DNA from: Dicyema japonicum
Taxonomy: Eukaryota > Animalia > Dicyemida
Reading direction: 5' to 3'
NCBI GenBank assembly: GCA_011109175.1
Contig: RDEW01000016.1
Coordinates: 236,049-300,048, forward strand
Length of the DNA: 64,000 nt
Shown: positions 51,106 through 62,400 of the stretch, piece after piece
How the letters are laid out: every line of letters begins with the position of its first letter
Numbering within the stretch: the first letter of the stretch is position 1
Notes under the pieces: model-generated
The model's input: only the letters and a program-made list of their open reading frames with translations
Told to the model about the DNA's origin: nothing
The model's database searches: none
Translations under genes and position numbers: made by a program

Positions 51106-52072
51106 GGTTTTTAACAGAAATTTTTATTTCTCAACAAATACTAATTACTAATTTTATAATGGAAATTATCATATTAAAAATAAATAAATATAAGGAGCTT
51201 GACTGCCAGCAGTGAAAAGTCCGTCACAGCTTTATTTACTACAGACAAGAGACTGAAAGACGGACGCTCGAAGTGATAGTAAACAATAAACCTATTGCTT
51301 TCAGAAAATCCCAAAGGATCCTTGGGGTGACTTTTGACATACATATGTCATTCTCGCCCCATGTTGAAAACGTAATTACAAAATGCGAAAGAAAAATAAT
51401 GTTCTGAAATGCCTCACAGGCATATGGAAGATCGAAAAGCATTATGTTTTGAGCACTGTATATATAAACAATTCAGTTCACAGCTAATTCGTCTAAAACA
51501 ATTCTAAATCGTCATGTTTGTCTAATTACAATTCCCATAATTTGCATGTTCGATCTATTTAAATACATTGTCTCTTGATGCGCAGGAAGTAGTTGATTAC
51601 TTTGAAGACACTTGATAGGTTTAAAATTTTATATTATTTTAAAACATAGGCCCGTCTAGTTATCAATTATATTTCGTCGTCCACCTCATTTTTCAAATGT
51701 GGAATGTGTATAACTATTTTCTTTGCAGATGTACCGAAGACTAATAATTCCGTGGAAGGTAGGGACTGATTCTATATTAATATTTTTTTAAAGGTGGCAT
51801 AGATCCTTTCAACACAAGTTGGATCGCATCACCCTAATATATGTAAATTTATCGAGTGTCTAAAAAAGAACAAATTTGAATGAATCATTATTCGAACAAT
51901 TTTGTAGCTGGAAGAGAGGTTACTATCCCCAATAAAGTGTTTTCGCGAAATGCTTCACGCATAAAAGAATTGTAGAAAATTTTAGATTTGACAGTATAAA
52001 TGAATATCTTAGAGGAATAGCTCACAATATTTTTTTTTTAATATCTTGAACAATATTTTTTAATATCTGGAA

Positions 52073-53040
52073 GATTTTTGGTCTGGGACGCAACTTGCAT
52101 AGACACGTTCTCAAGCACGAACATTTTTAAATCGGTTCAGACACCTGGAGCAGCTGCTCGACTGCGGAAAACCTAAAAATCAAGAAATATTCTTGCTCGG
52201 GGATCGCTACCGATTACTCCTGTTGCGACCGAATCATCGGGAGCCGTTGGGTCCAATGACGCTGAATTCTTGCAAGAACTCGGAGGATTGCCTTTGCCAG
52301 AAAAGAAAAGGGATCAACGAGAAAGGGTTATGGCTAAGACAAAAGATAGGAATAGCCATACTCCGAGGGAAACTCGTTCGCAATCCACGTAGCAGGCTTC
52401 CTCAACTGACATTTGTTTAATTGTTATTATTATTATTTAAGCACTCCCGAGAAGTCATAAAATTAATCAGCCTCCCTTGTGCCGTATTTCTAGCCATCCT
52501 CTCTATCAGCCTCTTCCAGGACCCTCTACTTCGTGCCAGTTCCCTTAAGGTATCTAGGTCGTCTGCGGAAGTGAGCTTCAGTCCCACAGCCGACAGGTCT
52601 CCATTCAAAATAGTTGGGAGTGTGACTCTTTGGTCTTCCACGGAAACGGGGCTTCCCGTATGCATTAAGTAGTTTTCCATGGCGATATTCGCGGGTACTT
52701 GAGCATTTAGACGTAAGATATGTCCAAAGAGACTCCATCTTGATCTGAAGATCTCCTCGATAGTATACCAGATTTGCACTTCGAGTAGAGGTCATTGTTT
52801 GAATCTTCTTAGGCCACTTGATCTTGATTACTGATTTTCAATTGTGTCCTGTGGAAAGCGTCAAGAACGGTCCATCTCTTGTTTTAGAGATTCCCCAAGT
52901 GCCTGAATTGTAGGTCAGGACGGGGATGACAAAAGCCTTGTATATTCTGAGTTTGGTGTTTAATCCCATCCTCTTCTTATGACCCCCATTATTGACCCCA
53001 GTTAATTGTTAAAAAATTTTTTGTTTAAAAAAAATAAAAA
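52073..53040 (+). mobile_element. CRE-like 3' fragment, split by an RTE
   Basis: VWDATCIDTFS...KIKKY...WLRQKIGIAILRG; TSD-like aatatct(g/t)gaa at 52062-52072 and 53041-53051. Confidence 0.85.
52427..53001 (-). mobile_element. 5'-truncated RTE LINE
   Basis: TKLRIYKAFVIPVLTYNSGTWG...FHR...IKWP...RWSLFGHILR; (taa)n tail; TSD ttaattgtta at 52417-52426 and 53002-53011. Confidence 0.9.
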
Positions 53041-54014
53041 AATATCTTGAATAAAATGATTTAATTGCTATTAGACAAACATGACGATTTAGACGAATTG
53101 TTAATTAGACAAATTGTTTTAGATGAATTTTCTGGTTACCAAATAATTAATTAAACCATGCATCTCTTATGCATGTGGTATATTGAGCCCATTCATCTCT
53201 AGGACGAATAGCTTGAAGATCGAGGCTAGCCGGAAAAGAGCTTCCCAAATCACAGAACGTTGGATTTCTAAAGAGTTCCAGCCACCATTCACTTGAAACT
53301 TTGATTCGAATGTACCATGGAACGCGCCGTCGTGACTGCGAAGACTCAGTCACTCGACCGATACTTGCTTGTGTGGGGTCAAGTGAGAAGCATCAGGCAA
53401 AGATGATGTCTCTGCTGAGCGTGCTAGGATCACATGGTTAGTTAGTTTGTGTAATCGTGGTTTTTTGTTGTTATCATTATTAGAGGTCTGAAGTTTGAAA
53501 AAGATCAACTCGGACCCGATTTATCTACTCACGGAGGCATTATTTGCATCTTCAAAAAACGGAATTATCTAATATTCTATTATGTAATCTATTATTGTTG
53601 AGTATCTGTCTGCAGTATACCAACTGCCCTTCATTTTTCTGTTTGTGTTTCGAACTTGTTTTAGCGCATTTACTTACAAATCATCAGGGGACATGTGTTT
53701 TAATTCGAAAGAAGAGTCAATATTCCACAAATAAGATGAACCAAATAATTAAGTGCATCCAGTACCCAAGGTCGGAAAGTCCGTCCAATGTCACAAGATT
53801 CAAAACGGACGGAATGGAAAAAAACGTCCAGTCCTTGCAGCTGTGGGAACCCAAATGATCCTTTTAGAACCTTGGCTCTGGGAGCTATCTGAAACAGGCG
53901 AATCACATGAGACCAGGACTGCTTATGTAAATATGGGTCAACGTATTTGATCAACGTCAATATTATTAATAAATTAAAAATATTAATTAAATTTATTACT
54001 AAATTTAATTAATT

Positions 54015-57000
54015 TTAAACATCATAACTTCTAATTAGATTGCCGAAATATATCCACACACTGTATATCTCACAAGGATATGCTTGAATATAAACAGCCA
54101 ATGAAAATTCTACATCATTTCCTACAATATCATGCATTCCTGTGGCAAATGTGGCCTCTACTGCTGCCTGAATTGTTGTAAATGTTAAATTAAAGGGTAT
54201 CCTGATATCTACCAATTATTCATCAAATACCGTAAAACTCTTTGATAGACTCCCCATTTCAGACGTGACCTCTACCTGGCTGTTGAATTCAAGCCTAATG
54301 ATGATTTCATCCTCAACCTCCTCAAAATGTTCAAGAAAGCTCTGCAGCATGTTCTATTCCATCGAGTAATGTACTCAGATCTCCACGTGGTTATTTTCTC
54401 TCTCAGTACCTGCGTCATATCTTGTGCTAGTTGACGAGCAAAGTCCTCGTTTGGTTTAGAATAATTCAAAAATGATGACTTGTGACCAAATATCAATACC
54501 TGCACTGTTGGGAGACGTCTAAGAGGAAATGAAGTCCCAAAGAAAGGCATCCAAGCCTTCTTCACATTAGTCTGAAAGGATATCTCCCAGGGAGCAGAAC
54601 TATTCTGAATATTACAAAAAATCTACAATAAATGAAATTATACATTTTCAGTGGTCAACAAACACCCAACGCTTTTGAGAGCTCCATTACTGTCCTCCAC
54701 AGGCCAATGCTTTCCCGTGACAGCATTCCATATGACAAAATCCCCTGTCCTCTCCTCACTGAGCACATAGAAAGTATTCCCATCGGGAATGCCGGTCCCT
54801 CGAATGTCACAATCTAACAACCTGCCACCAAATACACAGTTTTGCCCATCGCCTTCATAAAATTGTGAAGTAAAATAGCATGTTCTTCTTCATCCCCCAA
54901 TCTCACAGATATGAATTGCTAAATATTCACCCAATTCTAGTACATCACACGTGCTCCATAAATCTTCAACTCCTGAGTAGAGAAATGTGTCAGAAATGTT
55001 GGGAAACAGAGAGACAAACCTGGCCACTCGTTCCTATAGTAAGCATATTAGGTCGACCTCATTTGTGAGGGTCCCTTCCATGAAACTGTCAAATAATATT
55101 GTTGGAGGGGGGATTGGATGGAGAAAACGAATCGAAAAGACCATTTTGGCATTCATATCCAGGACAAGTGCCACACAGTGTCGTTTTGGAAATCGTCCTT
55201 TAAAGTTACTCAGCCACCTATCAGAGTAAGCAATCAATTCTGGGCTTTCTTCACTGTCAAACTACAACATAGTAATAATACACAACTTGGATGGCTGGGA
55301 ATTTTCCCTTGTCCAAGATTGGGTCAATTGTGACAAACAGGTCTATCAGAGAGGGAGTCTGCTCACTCACATACCCACTCTGTAACCGAGGACGGTCAAC
55401 TTTAAATCGTCCCTCAATCTGGACTTTAAATTAATTATACTTTATTATTTGTGTATAATGTTGAAAATGGAATTCTCAGTCCACCTAATAATATTTTATT
55501 ATATATTTTATTTGTCTCAATTTCAATTTTATCATAAATATTCACAAAAATAAATGGATTGGCTGGCAAATTCTGCCGATCATTTACATTTAGGTTCTGT
55601 GTGCTACAATGATTCAAATATATACTCAAAGGGTATTTCTAGTTTCTCATTCCAATTAGGGTTCTCTCCTTTGCACCCACGTGTTCGTCTCACCTTATCG
55701 AGGAATCTCACCTCAACAAAGACGTTCTACGATCAACCATCATGTGTTACCTTCGGTCCAGTCTGAGATTCAGGAGTACTAGTGGAATGGATCCTCAAGG
55801 GAAGATCTCTGGCTTGTCTCACGTGTACATAAACAATTGCTTTCCGGGTTAACCCTGAGACGTCTTTTACCCTCGTCACTCTTTCAGGCCTCAGAGGCCG
55901 CCTCGGTTTAAAAAGGTTGGGGAATCCGACCCAAGGCTATATGTCTAATTAAGCATAAACCTCCCAGGAATCTCAACCTCCTGCACAATCTGATTATATG
56001 TCCTCTGCTTCTGACATTTCTTTATATTTCTAAGGATGTTCTCGTAGACTAGGAGAAGGTACGATCGGACAACTTTTTGTTTCATTTCAAATTCGTTCAA
56101 ATTAGATTTGGAGGTTATTTTTGCCGGTTTTTCATTCTAATTGATATTTCTGTCATACCGGCAAGACACTCTGTATTTCATCGTCAAAGGCGGGAATGCA
56201 CTGGTCGTACTGCCCGGCATCCCGTAGTCTTAATAATTTAAATCTCTTTTCTTGACCATCAGGGAAATCATCCTGGTTGCATAGGCGAAAGTAGGTAGGC
56301 AATTTAGATTTGTGACCAGTCGCCTGTATTAAAACATACTAAGACATGAATAATCTGCAGGATTTCTGCGTTTTCGGGGTCATTTGGATCCAGTTTGGCC
56401 TTCATTGCCCATTCCATTAGTTTGTTCAGTTCCCCCTCCTTGTAGCCAAAGTTGGGACGATGGCTAGTTTTACCATTATTAAATCAACCAATCAAATCGC
56501 TTTGAATAAATGTTTTTTGGCGCTAAAATCTCTCCATTTTCATTTTCTGTCCAAAAAGCAGAGCAGAATAAATTCCCACTAAGCATCTGTCCTTCCATTT
56601 TAGTATCTTAAACATTAGTCAACCAACTCTTACTGCTCCCAACTCCCGCGTGGTTATGAGAGACTGATATTACACTAGAAAAGTTGTATGAGGCTAGTTC
56701 AGCAGAGTTTTTTGTTACTGTCGATAGAGGAATGGGAATCAATACTTGTGAGAGGATTCGAGAAGACAGCAATCCCTGTGTTTGGACAATCTCTTTTAAG
56801 CATAGTAATGGAAAACCTCAATTATAATGCTCTTGGGGATTTGGGTCAAATATACAGTCAAAATAGACCCCACGGTGACCTCAAAGGTCTCTGAAATTGG
56901 TCGAGGTGGTGTTTTACAGACTGTTATTCCATCCACCATGAGTTTAAGATACAATGATGTTTTCGATAGCTCATTTCTTCGTTCTCTCTCATCTCTAAAT

Positions 57001-59986
57001 ATATATAAGTCTGATCTCTCACGTTGATAGCTTTACTACAGATGAGATTTGTTCGCTATAATATAACTCTAGTGAGTAAATTTCCTCTCCTAAGATGTCT
57101 CATACTTATCACCTGGCAATCTTCGGTTTCGTTTAGCTCGTTCTATTACAGAGTCTCTTACTTCTTTCTCATTGAATTCTGCAGGAGGAATAGGCTTCTT
57201 TAGATCAGTCAACGAAGCCCTGTCACGCGTTATTTCCTCCTATGGGATAATGCATTGACGAGACTTCAATATTTTGTCGGACTGATGGAGCATGTTGTCG
57301 ACAGTAGATATGATCTTTTTGTTCTCCTCAATTCTGTCCCTTAGTTTAATCTAAGATTATCATTGATAATACTCTGATATCCTTTTTTGTCTTCCATAGT
57401 TCGATCAAGTATATATATTCGGAATACTCCCGTTCGTATTTGAATGCAAAGTAGTCTCTAATCTCATTGACCTCCTCGGCAATAGTCTCATCCCATAATT
57501 TAGTGTCCTCGATTATATCAACATTTTTCCTAATAGTGAAGTGTTTATTATAATACTTTTTAATTTTTATCTTTGCTGGAGTGTTTGTGAATCCTGCGAC
57601 TCTCTTAGATCTTTAATTTCCTTCCAATAGGATATTATTTTTCTAGTCAACTCTCGCTCATAGAATGACTCCTCATTAATGGTATCCCTCAGAGACCTAC
57701 AATCAATTTCTCCCCAAATACATAATTTCCTCATAATATTTCAAAATAGAATTCTTTATGTTAGTCTTCTCCACCTCTGACTCCTACCAATCAATTAAAT
57801 ATTACTGTTTCATTCAGCAAGTTTTTTGAGGTCTCAATTATTTTTCTAAGTGCATTTAACTTTAATTAAAACTCAAAATACTCGTTTTATGCTAAACTTG
57901 GCATTATTCTTATTATTAAAGGCAACATATGCCTCGTAAATGTCACAAAGACTGTTGAATACCATGTGCTCCTTGCTGAATAGATGGTGGTGACAAAATT
58001 TAAGAACATTACAGTCAATGTTCAGAGAATATTCCTCCTTACTAAAGTCAGTTAATTTCTCAGAGTTTATATAATTCTGAGTTATAATAACAAATAATGC
58101 ACGTGGTTAATTTGAATTTGGGCTTTGTTAGCTCGCATCTGACTGGGAGGAGGCTGAAATGAATAATCTCTGACTGGATTGGGTATCTGTATGAAATGTC
58201 CTGCAGAATCCAACCATGTTTTGCCCTGTTGTAGTATAATTAGACAAATAACCGAATTGTCATTTCTGAACAGTTTTCTAATCAATCTTGTCTGCCTTTT
58301 CGTTGACTTTTCGCATCCAACATATATTCCCTCATCACCAAGCGAAGAGACTTTCTGAATATTAATCTGTGAATCTAAAAGTCATCTAGGTTTATTCACC
58401 CTTAGCTATCTCATAAGGAGTCACTTGTGCAGACAAAACTTTGTTGATTTCAGTCTGTGGGATAGCACGTGATTTGTAAATCTCCATTCCACTCATATAT
58501 AACTCATCTGAGCGATAATCTGTTATTTGTGATACCAATTTTCTGGAGTTCTTGTTCTTCCTCATCAAAGTTTACTTTGCAGAAAAAATCCCTTCCTTCG
58601 TTGATTTCCTGTCGTTTCTTTTTTGCCTACAAATTAGCTAGAATACAACGTCTTCCATGAAATCCGCAACCATTTGGGGGAACCGGGTCTCCTCCATTAT
58701 TTTATTCACCATCTCTTCCTCTGGGGGAGGACTTGGTTCCTCAAATTCATAGGTCGATGTTAATCGTTTTTTGATTTCATGAAGTCTGCTGACAATATTC
58801 GAGGCTTATTTGAAAATATGTGAATACTCATGCGAATTCTGACTCCCTCACTTTCTGCAAGTATTACTAAACGAATACCTTGTGACGACCTTACAACATC
58901 AGAGGAGTGTGTCTATTTGTGATTATTTTATTACTTTAGCACGGGAAAGTATACTTTTTATGTCAAGTTCCTTTTTAGTAGACAAATTCATTTGCAGACT
59001 TATTCTGTCTGGTTTCTAGGCAATTATTATTTAATAATATAAAATTGTTTTATTATTACAATTTTACATACTCCACAAATTTAACAAATCTGCTCCTTAC
59101 ACGAGAAGACTCTACGCCTTTTACGGAATCGACAGATCCTATCCTCGACACTCCCCTTTGGAGTTGTCAGTACAATGAAATGGCTACTGATCCATCTAGT
59201 TCTCTCAAGAGCTAGGGATTCCACTATGTTTATCCAATTACGATATGAAAATGAACGCTCCTTCATTAGACATCCGTCCCCCATAGACCTCCCAAGTAGA
59301 CACAGGCAGAGACATTTCCGGAAAGCATTGGAGTTCATCGATGAGTATAAGACGAAAATAGCAAGGCGATAAGGGAAACCAGGGTCACTTAATTAGTTGG
59401 GTTACTATTACCTTCTTTCTCGGTGTTTCTTGGGATTGAGTAAATAAATTAACTCAACCCTCTGGTTCCTCACATCAACCTTCAGTTTCCTCTGGTTCGG
59501 ATCTTATGGTGTACTAGTAGTTGCAGGTGATGTGTGAATGTCGTCGGTCTCCCACTTGTTAGTATGGCTGGAGTAACTAACTAGACTTGCCTTCAGAATT
59601 CGCATCCCGTGTACTTCTTTATTGTCAACAAGGATTCTTTTTAACGTGAAGATCTAAATACAAAATGGCTTACTCAGTAACAGAATTGGTAATACAGGAA
59701 TTCTACCAAGCATGACTACAATATTTAGAGAAACAAGCATGGCTTTGTAAGACTCTGCTTTCTCAACGATCAGTCATACGTTGTAAGTGAATACCATAAT
59801 AATCTTTAATGTAGTCTTATGATTCGTAGGTTCTGTTATTCTCTGAACTTGTGGAAATTCAGACATTTGGTTAACGAATAGAGCGTATACTTGTATTATG
59901 TTTTCTCAGTAATTAGCTAATCTTCTCTACATTTTCTTCAATATACGAGAGAACTAATCCAACCAGAGAAACCTGAAGGCGGGCAT
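54015..59986 (-). CDS. CC2D2A: Coiled-coil and C2 domain protein 2A (MKS6, ciliary transition zone), many micro-introns; 5' end inferred
   Basis: C-terminus TGMHDIVGNDVEFSLAVYIQAYPCEIYSVWIYF; C2 region GENPNWNE...LGGLRIPFSTLY; RFPKRHC..LV.D; transglutaminase-like GDEEEHA.LL; exons traceable by eye to an ATG at 59986. Confidence 0.88.
59080..59450 (+). mobile_element. LINE 3' end, antisense inside a CC2D2A intron
   Basis: Ends agggtcacttaattagttgggtt...ttctttctcggtgtttc like the 28900 copy. Confidence 0.75.
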
Positions 59987-60079
59987 TTTTTTAAATTAAA
60001 ATTTTAATTATTTTTAAAACAATTAAAGTTATTTATATATTATCAGAAAATACTAAAAGAATCCACTGTTGATAGAATC

Positions 60080-60345
60080 GAATGCCCAGAAATTGCGGCA
60101 ACCCAAAAAAGAGCATTTTCCGTGATAGAAAACTGGATCAAAGGCGATCTAAATTCTACACCTACCCCTTGGAAGACCTAATAAGAAGAAATAGAAGTCA
60201 AACTCAACTATACCAGAGGATCACTCGTCCGCTGCGTGCTTGTGTTGGATCGAGGGAAGACCACCGGGCTAAGCTAGAGCCCAATTGAAATTCGCCGGGA
60301 TCACATAATTTCTTGTTTTTGTATTTAACTGTGGTCTTTGGAAAT
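60080..60345 (+). mobile_element. LINE 3' end
   Basis: ITRPLRACVGSREDHRAKL...gggatcacataa. Confidence 0.8.
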
Positions 60346-62069
60346 TACTTTCAATTCAATCTCATACTTTTTAGTAAAAACATTCCCGGATGGCGAGTTG
60401 GACGAATTTTATGTTAGCATTTCCAAAGTGTGCACCGAACTGAACAAAACAACAATCACGTTTCTGCAGGCATTAAGAAAAACCATGAATATGTATCGAA
60501 AGGCACGAAAGAGACTATCGAAACTTTTCCGGAGAGTTTTTAATTGGGTTTTTTCTGGCATTTGATGGCGCGGTGTAACGAAAAAAAACTTGGTTTTGTT
60601 GTGGTAATGCCTGTTATGAGAGAGAACCTAAGAAGAATATTGTTGAAACAAAGAAATCCTTCTCTGGAGGCAACTGCTCACCAAATGGATATGACTGAGT
60701 AAGTAGTGGTCTCTCTTGCGAGAAATCCTATCCTGTGTTTGAAAAGATTCAGCGTTTTAGCAGTCTGGCCAATTTGTAAATTGCGTATTAAGCTCAAATT
60801 AGCCTGAGAAAATGCGGTTCTTTGACACTTGAATTCTCCAATATTAAAGACCGTAATACTTTTACTACTTAGGTAAATCTAATATTCTTAATCATATTCG
60901 TAATTTATTGGATTCATAGAATAAATAAAGACCAAAGGTATTTTAATCGTTATAAAGATAAGATTATTTACGAAATTGATAGTTTTAACCAAGAAATTAC
61001 AATTATTCAGAATCAACTAAACAGTAAATTTAAAAATTTTTTGAAACACTTCGCGCAAAATCAGTTTTTTCCACCATTTCCAAATGTTTTAAAAAAACTT
61101 ATAGTATGATTAATGGTTTATTTGCCATCGCCTCGAAGTAATGTATTATTAATTGTATATTAATCCAATAAGAAGAATTTTAATAACGACTCCCCAACCT
61201 ATTAATCCAACTTTAACAAGTTATTATACAAGTTCTAGATGTTCATGTGGTTTATTTGCATGAAGAAAATCAGAATACTATAATATCAATGATAGAGAGC
61301 ATGGAATACAATCATAACACATGTCTGGTTAATAATATAGATACACTTTCCATGAACTGCTTATTAAAACATTACTTTCTCGCTAGTATTCCACAAATAA
61401 ATAAAATTCCGATTGAATGGTGTCATCAAGACTCTGAAATCAGATCCAAGCAGTTTGGAAGAAATCTGCAAATTCTACTTGCGAAAGTTATACGCAAACA
61501 GAAGACTCTAAAGAGACAATGCAAACCATGCAGACTGAGAGAATCTTCAAAATAAGATGAAGTATACAAAATGGGAAAAAATACAAAAACTGAGTGATAA
61601 TGACTCAAAAAAAACTTTTATGAAAAAATCACAGTAGGTTGTTTCTAAAGAAAATATTTCAATAATTTTGACAAAATAAGTCATCGTTGTAATATTGAAT
61701 GTGGAAAATTTTGATAGAGAATTGATTGAAATTTGTATACGAAAAATATGTAAATGATTACTGATTCGTCTACCCAAATGTCCGCAACTGTTTGTATTGG
61801 CAATAGTGGGAGGGGTTCATTTGTTAATGTAATAAGTTGAGGTAAAAGTCAAGAATGTAGACACTTTTGATGCATCAATCAAATACAAACAAGATGAGAG
61901 AACAAAAGAGAGGTTAAAATACATCAGTTATATCCGCGTCAGTGGACATGCTCTAATAACACGAGCGTCATTCAGAAATCTCACAACATCTTATGAAACA
62001 TGTTCTCATAGTGACAATACCAGAGTATACGGATTCTTTATCATCTGACATTTATGTAATATAAATTAC

Positions 62070-62400
62070 TTTGAGACACGTTCGCCCAGAAAAATCTTCA
62101 CGAGAGTGCTACAAGGGCCTGTTCAGCATCCGTAAAGGCGGAGAAGGCCAAACTCGTTAAATACGTCGACCTTCCAGATGATGTCAAATTTGTTCCCCTT
62201 GCTGTGGAGACTTCCGGATCCTACTCCCCCTCTACACTCGAGTTTTTCGGACGTCTTGGAAACCGGATCACCTCATGCACTGATGATCACCGTGAACGCC
62301 GCTGACTATTTGAGCGAATTTCGCTCGCAATTTTGAAAGGGAACAGCCACGCAGTGTGGGCGGCAACTACCTGACTTCTATTGTTTAAATTATATAATTA
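62070..62400 (+). mobile_element. CRE-like 3' fragment
   Basis: AEKAKLVKY..LPDDVKFVPLAVETSG...LFERISLAILKGNS. Confidence 0.8.

Larger units (their letters stand above)
51476..53140 (+). mobile_element. MULE-like DNA transposon remnant
   Basis: TIR blocks tctaaaacaatt and tctaaatcgtcatgtttgtctaat at both ends; degenerate 10-bp TSD aaacaattca/aaataattaa; YFEDT..G, MWNVY, KTNNSVEG|WH, HPNI.KFI..LKKEQ. Confidence 0.8.
51194..53480 (+). mobile_element. Ingi/Vingi-like LINE 3' part split by nested insertions
   Basis: 51194-51475 and 53151-53480 are contiguous in the uninterrupted copy at 44810-45410 (aaacaattca|atgaaccatgc). Confidence 0.9.

Noticed and set aside
53500-53960. Short overlapping ORFs between BBS4 and CC2D2A
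   Set aside because: No recognisable motif on either strand.
60340-60850. hAT C-terminal dimerisation remnant
   Set aside because: Weak W...YP similarity only; no TIRs found.
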